A stretch of DNA of 64,000 nucleotides from assembly GCA_964603685.1 (NCBI GenBank), contig CAZRWF010000005.1:2721-66720 (forward strand). The letters run 5' to 3'. Source of the DNA: an uncultured Chitinophagaceae bacterium (lineage in GTDB: Bacteria > Bacteroidota > Ignavibacteria > UBA10030 > UBA8401). Every line of letters starts with the position of its first letter. The stretch's first letter is position 1. The notes below the pieces were generated by a model that had not been told where the DNA came from, ran no database searches, and worked only from the letters and a program-made list of their open reading frames with translations. Positions 39,376-47,823 of this stretch are shown one piece after another. The position numbers and the translations under genes were made by a program.

Positions 39376-39409
39376 AAAAAAAAATCGGAGGAACGTGCAA
39401 TCTCCGATT
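39376..39409 (-). terminator. Intrinsic terminator/operator-like hairpin 12 nt upstream of the thrS start
   Basis: On the minus strand: AAUCGGAG-AUUGCACGUUC-CUCCGAUU followed by nine U. Confidence 0.6.
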
Positions 39410-39435
39410 TTTGCCATCGTAAATTTTGCTATGAC

Positions 39436-39464
39436 AATTTAAGGAAAATCGATGAAAAATGCAA
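39436..39464 (-). promoter_or_regulatory. Possible sigma70-type promoter between tRNA-Val and thrS
   Basis: On the minus strand: TTGCAT, 17 nt spacer, TAAATT. Confidence 0.3.
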
Positions 39465-39514
39465 TGAATCGGCGATTTATTTGACGGCGGAATCGGGGAA
39501 AAACGGAAGGTGAG

Positions 39515-39592
39515 TGGTGGACTCTAGAGGATTCGAACCTCTGACCTCTACCGTGTCAAGGTAGCGCTCTAAACCAACTGAGCTAAGAGTCC
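39515..39592 (-). tRNA. tRNA-Val (anticodon GAC), CCA encoded
   Basis: Hand-folded cloverleaf: acceptor GGACUCU/AGAGUCC, D arm GCUC/GAGC, anticodon stem CUACC/GGUAG with loop UUGACAC, variable loop AGGUC, T arm AGAGG-UUCGAAU-CCUCU, then discriminator A plus CCA. All stems are perfect. Confidence 0.9.
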
Positions 39593-39606
39593 ATTGTGCC
39601 GGTACG

Positions 39607-39639
39607 CAACAAAAATGGCACATCCACCATCGATGTACC
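39607..39639 (-). terminator. Rho-independent terminator closing the surface locus
   Basis: On the minus strand: GGUACAUC-GAUGGUG-GAUGUGCC (8 bp, one G-U) followed by AUUUUUGUUG. It begins about 45 nt after the stop of the OmpA-domain gene. Confidence 0.6.
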
Positions 39640-39684
39640 ATTTTGACGTGATAAAATACGACAAAGAGGGTGAAATTCCAACTA

Positions 39685-42600
39685 CTATTTCACCCGCTCG
39701 AATTCCACGCGCCGGTTTTTTGCTCTCCCCTCTTCCGTTTTGTTGGAGGCGATCGGATTGGCCGGTCCAAATCCTTGCGGCATCAACCGCCGCGATTCCA
39801 CCCCTTTGCTGACGAGATACGCCGCAACCTCTTTGGCGCGGTTCAAAGACATCCGACGATTCGCATTCGCGTTTCCGGTATTGTCGGTGTACCCGTTAAT
39901 CTGAATGGCGATGTCGGGATTGGCTTTCAGCATCTCGGCAATATTATCCAACACCACTTTCGATTCCGCCGTCAACGTTGCTTTCGACAGTTCGAAGATG
40001 ATCCCCTCCATCACGATCGGACCGGAGGAGGTTTCCCGGAGGGACTCAAGCAACTTCACCGCTTCGACCACCTTCTCCACCACATTGATGCTCGGCCGTT
40101 CGATATCCACAAATGTCGTTTCAAGCGGAACGGCTGCGGAATTGATGTTCGCTTTGACGATAATCGTCGCATCGGCGGAACGCACGATCGCGGTCTCGTC
40201 GAATTCATTGGTGATAGTCGCGTATGTTCTCTTTTTGAAGACCGTGTCCCGCGCCGCCGATTGCAACCGGGCGGAATAGGTGATGACGTTGGCACCCGAA
40301 CGAAGTAGGCCTCCGAGATCCATCGACGCGATGCGGAAAAATTCCAGTTGCATTGCATTCTGTTTTTCGGAGGAGGAGATCGCCATAGACCGGATGCGGA
40401 ACGAAAGATTGCGCGAAGGGACCGGAATTCCGTTCACAAAGAACGAACGATCGTTGACGATAAAATTGGAGGGCAACGTGTCGATGATCTTTGCTTCGGT
40501 GATTTTTTTGTTCGGATCGATATACAGCGCCGTTTTAAAGAAAAGATCGTCTCCCACGGTGACCGTGACGGAATCAGAGAGGTGATTGGAAACGCGCGGG
40601 TCGGAGGCCGACGTGTTGAGTTCCGATGTTTCGATCCGGTTCTTCATCGTATCCAATACGATGTTGTCGGTATAGACATGCCCTCCTTCCACGATAATGC
40701 TGTCCGTCGACATCACCGCAACGGAAGAAGCGGAAGTGAGTACGGTCCGCACTTTCGGGAACGATGTTACAATAGCGGAATAGGAGAGTTTTCCGAAATA
40801 GACAGCATTCCCTTTTCCGATGTTCCAACGAATATTGTTCCCCGACATGACCGGATTAATCCGCTTGCCGTTGAACAACGCGCTGTTTGGAATAAGCGTC
40901 AACCGTTCATGAAGATGATCTTCGATGGTCACTTTCTCCACAGGGCGGTTTCCCGAATACGCAAAGGCAATGAACATTTTGACGGTATCCACTCTGATCT
41001 TCCGGAGCGTATCGTCATAGAGATATTTCGGAATGGCCTGCCGCACCGCGGTTACTTTGTTTACTTTGGCGACCGAATGTTTAATTGAATCGGAGACAGA
41101 CCGGCGGACATAAAAATTGGCCCGAGCAATGCCGCTTTCGGTTACCCGAACGAATCGCGACGTGGGGTCTTTGGCAAACGCATTGTTTCCGGCAATCAGC
41201 CGGTCGTTGTTCGGCAGCGTCCGCTCGTTCACGCGCAACACATGTTGGCCCGGTTTCACTTCCGGCAGAGAAAACTTACCGTCATCGCCGGTGATGATCT
41301 TCGTTCCGTCTTCCATCCACAATTCCACATCTTTAATCCCGGTCTCCCCCTTGTCCTGATACGCATTCCGGTTGTCGTCGTAAAACACTTTGCCGATGAT
41401 CAATCCTTTTTCCGTAAACACACCCGGGCGGACGGTCACCTGCCATTGGGACGGTGAGGATACGAGCGTCGTTCCGAGACCGGCCACAGCACTGGCATAC
41501 GCCGTGTTGACACCTTCACTTTCCATGGCATCGGCACCGATGGCGAGTTGATATACCAGAAGTGACTGTTTCGACGAAGGGATCGTGTCGGTCATGTTCC
41601 ACCGGAGCTGGTTGTTGACCGGATCGATTACCGGTTCCACGGGCTTACCATTATACCGGGCGGAATTTTTCACATACTGAAATGCGTACGGAAGCAGATC
41701 ATAGATTCCTGTGTTGCGCAGGAATTGCGGACTGGAATTCGAAACGACGATTTGATACGTGACGATATCGCCGATCTCCGTTACTTTTTTATTGCCGGTT
41801 TTGACAATCTTCAGGAATGAGGCAATGTTCGGATTTTCATTGATACGCAACGTCGTATCCTTTCGGGCAAGGATCGAATCTCCCTTCATGACATACGCGT
41901 GCGACGTAATGGCGACATCGTTTCTCAGGGCGAAGTCCGTCACCAGTTTTAACGAAACGGAGTCCGTTACCCCCGGAGCAAGCGAACCAAGATAGATTGT
42001 GGAGACGCTGTCGACGATTTTTGTGGAATCCAGCGAGGATTTCGCCAGTGAGATTCCGCTCAGTCCGGCAGAAAAGAGCGTATCGACGATCCTGATACCG
42101 CGAATGCTGTCGGTCCCGGTATTGGAAAAACGGAATACATGGCGGATGCTATCCCCGGCGATGATCGTGTCGCGCGGTACCGTGAAGGAATTGGAGAATA
42201 CCAGATTCCCTTTGGAACGGATCGTGGTTGTGAGCGTGCTGTTCGCGGATAACAGATGCGACGAATACCAGAACCGGTTCATGATCCGCGTGCTGTCGGG
42301 TATGTTGGATGACACAATAAATCGTATCGTGACGGAATCCGACGTTAACGTTTTCAGAGTATCTTTCGTCCACCGAACGACACGGGTTACGGAATCGTAC
42401 AACGCCGGTGTGAAATTTCCGGACGACGCCGACACGAACCGTACGAACGGGGACAACGTATCCGTAACGGCGACGGTACGATGTTCCACGTTGCCGGTAT
42501 TGACAATCCGCGCCGACACCGTCACCGTATCCCCCGCCGAGGCGGTCGATGGACCGGCCGCCGTAAAACTCACCGTCGAATCGAGCGTGATCTGCAGATT

Positions 42601-44424
42601 CAGATTAACGGTCACCGTTCCGGAAGAGGTGTCGCTGACAAACGTAAATCCGGTAAAATTCGGGAACGCAGCACTATCCACCGAAATAACGTACCGCGCC
42701 GGACGCAGCCCTTCAAACTTAAACCGGCCGTTGGCATCCGTTTTTTGCTGTTGCACGCGGGTCAGGAGATTTTGCCGCTGCAATGTCCGAATGTTCGGAC
42801 TCCGGACGTTCGATGGGGCCAACGAATCCAGAAACACCGTAACACTTTCTGCCGGCACCGGAGTGCCGGATATTTTGTATTCGATCCTTCCGGAAATCAC
42901 GTTCGGAATAACAATGGGCGGCAGCGGAAATTTCGTCGGGTCCACTTCGGTCTGGGTTTTGACCGAATCTCCGAATTTATCCAGTACGACAATCTCCAAA
43001 AGATATTTCGTGATATCCTTATTGAGCGCGATGAAAAATTTACCGTCGCTCTTCGTTGTGTCGACGCCGACAATGCTGTTGCGCGCATCGGTCACGCGGG
43101 CGATGGCGCCTTGCAACGGGACTTTGTTAATACCGCTGACGACGGCACCGGTAACGGCACCGGGATAAATATAAATGTTTGCGGTATCGCTTTTGGTTCC
43201 GAGAGAGGGAGTTCCGGCTACCGCCGTAATTCGGGAGCGGAGAATTTCATTCTGCACGTTCACCGTTCGAAATCGAACGGAAGCCGATCCGTTCTGTACG
43301 GTTGTTGGGAATGTCGTTGCACCGTTATGAAAAGTACCGATCGTCGCCGTCAATGTTATCGGTGTTCCGTCGGGCAATATTGTTCCCAGAGAGTCTTTCA
43401 CCGTTACCGAAACGAGAGAGCTGTCCTTGTTCACTTGTCCAAATACAAATTCCGGCTGCGGAACAATGGCCACTGATTTCGGAAGGATGGGGACGATTCG
43501 GGTTATCGTCGTCGATCGATCCCCTTCCGGATCATTGGTTGAAAAAGTGCGTACGGAATGGAGAAGGTCCACATGTCCGATGTTGACCGCCGTGCGAATA
43601 TCAACGGTGAAGGAACGTGAGGAGAAAGCAGGAACAGATCCGATCGACCATTTTACGGTGCGTTGATTGTTCGACACACTGTCCGGTGTGATGGACGATG
43701 CAAAATAACTGCCGTGTGTTGAGATAGAATCATACACCACCGTTCCCGTTGCGGGAACATTCCCCTGATTCACCACCGTGACGGTGTACCGCAACACTCT
43801 CCCCGAACCGACAACCGGTTGTTCGGGGACCAAAGAAATCGCGATCCGCGGAAACATGCTGATGACAAACGTTTTTGCCGTTGACCGGATTGAATTCTCC
43901 CACGAAATATCCGCGTTCATGGTCAGTTGTGTGTTCACCGCAAGGTTGCTGTCGACAATAACTTTTACCCGGACGGTATCGCTTCTTCCGGGGGGAACGT
44001 TGAAAACGCGCCACGTGACCGTCGATCCGGAGATCACACCGCCGGTCGATCCGGGTAGGAACTTCATTCCCGCCGGCGGAAGAACACCTTCGATCAACGC
44101 CGTATCCGCCGTTTGATTTCCGACATTTCTATAGACCAAAGCAACGGCGAGCGTTTCTTTGCTGAAGACGAGCGAATCGGGATTGCCAAAGGAGATCTCA
44201 AAATTCGGCGCCTCCACAACAGTGAAGGTGACGATATTTGTCAGGACCGTATCACTCGGGAAGGACCGGTATTGAAAAACCGAACGGGCTTGGTTGGAGA
44301 TCGGAGTATTGGGGGCGGTTTGAGCCCGCAGGACGCCATCCGCGAACAATCCGATCAGCGCGATGGCGATCATCATCGTCGATCGGAATGTTGTTCTGAT
44401 GATATGTCGTACGGTGGCCGTCAT
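39685..44424 (-). CDS. 1579-aa secreted multi-domain protein: DUF11-type repeats, CarboxypepD_reg-like and SdrD B-like domains, C-terminal OmpA peptidoglycan-binding domain
   Basis: Signal peptide-like N-terminus. DUF11-type blocks (e.g. GDIVTYQIVVSNSSPQFLRNTGIYDLLPYAFQYVKNS). SdrD-B-like GKVFYDDNRNAYQDKGETGIKDVELWMEDGTKIITGDDGKFSL (about 41215-41400). OmpA_C block INGYTDNTGNANANRRMSLNRAKEVAAYL...NRRVEFERV (about 39688-40020). Confidence 0.75.
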   Translation of the reverse strand: MTATVRHIIRTTFRSTMMIAIALIGLFADGVLRAQTAPNTPISNQARSVFQYRSFPSDTVLTNIVTFTVVEAPNFEISFGNPDSLVFSKETLAVALVYRNVGNQTADTALIEGVLPPAGMKFLPGSTGGVISGSTVTWRVFNVPPGRSDTVRVKVIVDSNLAVNTQLTMNADISWENSIRSTAKTFVISMFPRIAISLVPEQPVVGSGRVLRYTVTVVNQGNVPATGTVVYDSISTHGSYFASSITPDSVSNNQRTVKWSIGSVPAFSSRSFTVDIRTAVNIGHVDLLHSVRTFSTNDPEGDRSTTITRIVPILPKSVAIVPQPEFVFGQVNKDSSLVSVTVKDSLGTILPDGTPITLTATIGTFHNGATTFPTTVQNGSASVRFRTVNVQNEILRSRITAVAGTPSLGTKSDTANIYIYPGAVTGAVVSGINKVPLQGAIARVTDARNSIVGVDTTKSDGKFFIALNKDITKYLLEIVVLDKFGDSVKTQTEVDPTKFPLPPIVIPNVISGRIEYKISGTPVPAESVTVFLDSLAPSNVRSPNIRTLQRQNLLTRVQQQKTDANGRFKFEGLRPARYVISVDSAAFPNFTGFTFVSDTSSGTVTVNLNLQITLDSTVSFTAAGPSTASAGDTVTVSARIVNTGNVEHRTVAVTDTLSPFVRFVSASSGNFTPALYDSVTRVVRWTKDTLKTLTSDSVTIRFIVSSNIPDSTRIMNRFWYSSHLLSANSTLTTTIRSKGNLVFSNSFTVPRDTIIAGDSIRHVFRFSNTGTDSIRGIRIVDTLFSAGLSGISLAKSSLDSTKIVDSVSTIYLGSLAPGVTDSVSLKLVTDFALRNDVAITSHAYVMKGDSILARKDTTLRINENPNIASFLKIVKTGNKKVTEIGDIVTYQIVVSNSSPQFLRNTGIYDLLPYAFQYVKNSARYNGKPVEPVIDPVNNQLRWNMTDTIPSSKQSLLVYQLAIGADAMESEGVNTAYASAVAGLGTTLVSSPSQWQVTVRPGVFTEKGLIIGKVFYDDNRNAYQDKGETGIKDVELWMEDGTKIITGDDGKFSLPEVKPGQHVLRVNERTLPNNDRLIAGNNAFAKDPTSRFVRVTESGIARANFYVRRSVSDSIKHSVAKVNKVTAVRQAIPKYLYDDTLRKIRVDTVKMFIAFAYSGNRPVEKVTIEDHLHERLTLIPNSALFNGKRINPVMSGNNIRWNIGKGNAVYFGKLSYSAIVTSFPKVRTVLTSASSVAVMSTDSIIVEGGHVYTDNIVLDTMKNRIETSELNTSASDPRVSNHLSDSVTVTVGDDLFFKTALYIDPNKKITEAKIIDTLPSNFIVNDRSFFVNGIPVPSRNLSFRIRSMAISSSEKQNAMQLEFFRIASMDLGGLLRSGANVITYSARLQSAARDTVFKKRTYATITNEFDETAIVRSADATIIVKANINSAAVPLETTFVDIERPSINVVEKVVEAVKLLESLRETSSGPIVMEGIIFELSKATLTAESKVVLDNIAEMLKANPDIAIQINGYTDNTGNANANRRMSLNRAKEVAAYLVSKGVESRRLMPQGFGPANPIASNKTEEGRAKNRRVEFERVK

Positions 44425-46094
44425 TGTATTTTTACCGAAAATTCAACCGTTCCGGAAGAATTTGCTGCCAGTGTGCCGATACTGACTGTAAGCATGGTGC
44501 GGTTTCCGGAAATGTTTTGGATAGATACGGACGGATGATTGTCCGCAACGGCGATCCCGTTTACTTTAATGCTGTTCACCACATAGGATGTCGACAACGG
44601 AGCGGTATCAATGACGGAAAAGTTTGTCACTGGAACGGATCCGATATTGACGAACCCGATCGTATAGGTCACCACACCGCCGGCCGGCTGGCTTCCGACC
44701 GGAAAAACGCTTTTGGTCATCTCCACCAGCGGTTCATTTACGGTGGTCACGACGGTTGCCGTATCTTTTTTCTGTCCATTTCCCGACGATGATGCGATGA
44801 CCGCAAGTGTGTCTCGAATTCCGACGGCGAACGAACGCGGAACGATGACCCGAGCGAAAATTCGCACACTGTCCCCGATCGCGACCGAATCTACATCCGC
44901 ACCAAAGGCACCGTTGGTATTGGTCAATTCCGGATCCCCGGCGTCGGGAAGCGCGTTGTTATTTCCATCCCGGAAAAATTTCCAGGCAAATCCCCGCGTT
45001 GACGTGTGCGACAATTCGATCACATCTTTGAACGAACCGACATTCCGGACCGAATACCGGTACCACGCCGTGTCTGCCGGTTCTTTGACAAGAGCGGATG
45101 AGGTGCAGACGATGTCGACGCCGTATTCCGGGGTACCGGAAACGGTCAATAGAACGGTGTTGCTGACGGTGTAATACGCATTATTGCCGACCGAATAATT
45201 GATGCCGAACGATGCCGGAATGACGGTGCCCGCGGAAATTCCGTTGTTGATCTGCACGGTCAAGGTGATCGTCACCGATTGACCGGCGGCAAGAGTGCCG
45301 ATATTCCAGGAGAACGGCGTCGACGATCCCGAGAACGTTCCGATCGTCGTCGTCCCCCCCACCAATGTGACCGCTCCATTCGGGGTGTGTTGAATCACCA
45401 GATTGGCCGCCGCTACCGATCCGGAATTGGTGAGGACATAGGTGTACGTTACATTTTGTCCGGCACCGGGGGTCGGGTTGTTGATTGTGACACCGGGATT
45501 CAGAGGATCGATCCCCGCCGTTTGTACGGTGGTCACGTATACGCCGGATACTGTACGGAGGGAATCGAACAAAGATTTTACGACAACAGTCGCACTGTCC
45601 TTTGCACCGTTTAACGTGACATCTTTCGGCACAGAGATCCGCACTACCGCCGCAAATTGAGCATCGGCAATCAGCGAAGGTGATTGTGTGATCGCGCCGG
45701 CCGCCGCTTCGGACGATTGCAGAATTCCGTCACTGTTAAGATCACGGAAAATTCTTGCCGTCCAACCGCGCGATGAGGCAACGGACAAACGGGCGGCATC
45801 CGTACCGTTTCCCGAATTGGTAATCACGACCGGATAATCTGCAGACGTGCTGTCGCTGGCTGTCGTCACGGAATTCGAGGGGGGTGAAATATTAAAGGAG
45901 CCCTTTTGAGCCACTGTGATCGTCAACGCGGCAGAATATACCGTATCGATAACCGCACCGCTGCGGGTGGAGAATGTGACGCGCGATCGGGATTGAATTA
46001 TTGTTCCTGCCGGAGTTCCTGCGGCAAATACTTCCCCGGCGAGCAGCACGAACATCAATGCGAATGCGGCGGTATGTTGTTTCGACGTTGTCAT
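44421..46094 (-). CDS. 557-aa secreted DUF11/CARDB-like repeat protein (paralog A)
   Basis: Signal peptide ...LLAGEVFA/AGTPAGT. Repeated beta-sandwich modules with the signature ITNSGNGTD...W...F.D.N.DG. C-terminal DUF11 module ends ...GTVEFSVKIQ. ATGA overlap with the downstream gene. Confidence 0.7.
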   Translation of the reverse strand: MTTSKQHTAAFALMFVLLAGEVFAAGTPAGTIIQSRSRVTFSTRSGAVIDTVYSAALTITVAQKGSFNISPPSNSVTTASDSTSADYPVVITNSGNGTDAARLSVASSRGWTARIFRDLNSDGILQSSEAAAGAITQSPSLIADAQFAAVVRISVPKDVTLNGAKDSATVVVKSLFDSLRTVSGVYVTTVQTAGIDPLNPGVTINNPTPGAGQNVTYTYVLTNSGSVAAANLVIQHTPNGAVTLVGGTTTIGTFSGSSTPFSWNIGTLAAGQSVTITLTVQINNGISAGTVIPASFGINYSVGNNAYYTVSNTVLLTVSGTPEYGVDIVCTSSALVKEPADTAWYRYSVRNVGSFKDVIELSHTSTRGFAWKFFRDGNNNALPDAGDPELTNTNGAFGADVDSVAIGDSVRIFARVIVPRSFAVGIRDTLAVIASSSGNGQKKDTATVVTTVNEPLVEMTKSVFPVGSQPAGGVVTYTIGFVNIGSVPVTNFSVIDTAPLSTSYVVNSIKVNGIAVADNHPSVSIQNISGNRTMLTVSIGTLAANSSGTVEFSVKIQ

Positions 46095-46116
46095 CGGAAT
46101 ACGATTGAGCGCTCCG

Positions 46117-47799
46117 TTAATTGATCGTTGCTTTATACGTTATCGTTCCGGCGGCCGATTGACCGGCGATTGATCCGATCGTCACCGTGATCCGTTTTTT
46201 CCCTTCGACCGTCGTCACCGATACTTCGTCGCCGTCCGCCGCATCGGTCTTCGCGACCCCACCCAGCGTGACGGAATTCGACACATAGGTCATATTCTCC
46301 GCCTCCGTTTCGGCAATCAGAACGTTGTATGCTTTACCGTGACCGGTATTTTGATATGTAACGGTAAATGTCATTTCCGATCCCGGAGGTTGATTCCCGG
46401 AAGGAAGGACGCTTCGGACCAGTACGATCGACGGTATATTGATCGTCGTGGTCGCATTGGCGCTTTGAAATTTGGACTGGTCGAACGACGACTTGACGGT
46501 GAATGTCGTCACATCCTGCGTTTGATCCCCAGAAACGAGCGGGACGATTAACCGGGCCAGCACTTTAACACTGTCGTATGCCGCAACGGAATCGACATCC
46601 ACACCGCCGGCCGCATTCGTGTTCGTCAGCGCCACATCGCCGGTATTCCACACGCCGTTACCGTTGACATCCTTAAAATACGTCCACGTATAACTTTTGG
46701 AGGAACTGTATTCCATTTCCAACACGTCTTTCGCATTGCCGATGTTCTTCACCGTGAAGGGATAATACAACGTGTCTTCCTGTTCCTTCGCTGCGGTAAC
46801 AACCAGCGGAGAAATTTCGACCCCTCGAATGACACCGACCGCAGCAGAGGGATTATTGGAATGGACGGTAAACGTCACACCGCCGACCGTATAGGTGACG
46901 GCAATCGTGTTGTTCAACACCGAACCGTTGGAAAGTCCGCTCAAAACCTGCAGTGTAATCGAGACCGTCACCGAACTTCCGGGATTGATCGTGCCGATGT
47001 TCCAGAGGATCGGATTGGAGGATGTATTCACCGTTCCCGAGGTTGAAGTCGCGGAGACAAAAGAGAATAATGATGTGTTGAACAAATCGCTGAACGACAC
47101 TCCCGTGGCCGCCACGCTGCCATTGTTGGTCACGGTCATCGTATACACAACATTATCACCCGGCGAAGGATTGGTGGGGGTGACGGACAATCCCGAACTG
47201 ACATTCGAAAAATTGGCCGTATTCACCGTCGTACGCGCCTGGGACGTATTGGTCTTGTTTCCGTCGAACTGCGATGTCGCGGTGATCACGGTGGTGTCGA
47301 CCTGTCCGTTCAACGACGCATCGCGCGGCGTGAAGATGCGGAGAAAGACTTTATAGGTCCCGTCCGCAGCGATTGCCGCTGTCTGCGTGACCGCTCCGGC
47401 ATTGATCTCCGATGTTTGTAGAATGCCGTCACCGTTGCTGTCCACATAGAAGGAACGTGACCAGGACTTGGACGAAACGGACGAAAGCGTAAACTGATCG
47501 CTGCCGTTTCCGGAGTTCGTGATTGTCACCGGGTATTCCGTAAACACGCTGTCCCGCGACGTTGTTTTCGCATTGGTGGCGGGGGAAATATTTACGGAAG
47601 CGATTTGGGCCACAACAAAGTTGATGTAATTCGAGTACACCGTATCGACGCGTGCGCCGCTGGCGGTCGAATACGTCACCTTCGATCGGGTTTGAATTTG
47701 CGTCCCCGCCGGCGTTCCGGCGGCCTGCAGAAAATGTATGCCGGCGAACACCAGCAAGCATCCCCAGATCCGCCAATGAGCGGTAGTCATGATTTTCAT
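46117..47799 (-). CDS. 560-aa secreted DUF11/CARDB-like repeat protein (paralog B)
   Basis: Colinear with paralog A and, by eye, roughly 40-45% identical over the first 150 mature residues (AAGTPAGTQIQTRSKVTYSTASGA...). C-terminal DUF11 module ends ...GTITYKATIN. Confidence 0.7.
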   Translation of the reverse strand: MKIMTTAHWRIWGCLLVFAGIHFLQAAGTPAGTQIQTRSKVTYSTASGARVDTVYSNYINFVVAQIASVNISPATNAKTTSRDSVFTEYPVTITNSGNGSDQFTLSSVSSKSWSRSFYVDSNGDGILQTSEINAGAVTQTAAIAADGTYKVFLRIFTPRDASLNGQVDTTVITATSQFDGNKTNTSQARTTVNTANFSNVSSGLSVTPTNPSPGDNVVYTMTVTNNGSVAATGVSFSDLFNTSLFSFVSATSTSGTVNTSSNPILWNIGTINPGSSVTVSITLQVLSGLSNGSVLNNTIAVTYTVGGVTFTVHSNNPSAAVGVIRGVEISPLVVTAAKEQEDTLYYPFTVKNIGNAKDVLEMEYSSSKSYTWTYFKDVNGNGVWNTGDVALTNTNAAGGVDVDSVAAYDSVKVLARLIVPLVSGDQTQDVTTFTVKSSFDQSKFQSANATTTINIPSIVLVRSVLPSGNQPPGSEMTFTVTYQNTGHGKAYNVLIAETEAENMTYVSNSVTLGGVAKTDAADGDEVSVTTVEGKKRITVTIGSIAGQSAAGTITYKATIN

Positions 47800-47823
47800 T
47801 GTTGACCCCCTTCAATAATTTCT

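Noticed and set aside
36164-39514. T-box riboswitch leaders upstream of pheS and thrS.
   Set aside because: The available leaders are only about 60 and 150 nt. They lack the conserved T-box sequence (AA..GGGUGGUACCGCG-like) and a specifier-loop architecture. Only simple terminator hairpins are present.
30877-43168. Other long plus-strand ORFs: 30877-31734, 33898-34650, 35501-36199, 37456-38238, 38341-39357, 40348-41088, 41999-43168 and 42481-43476.
   Set aside because: Each lies antisense inside a strongly conserved minus-strand gene (rny, pheT, pheS, thrS or the OmpA-domain protein). Their translations are R/H/F/G-rich with no family resemblance. I treat them as shadow ORFs.
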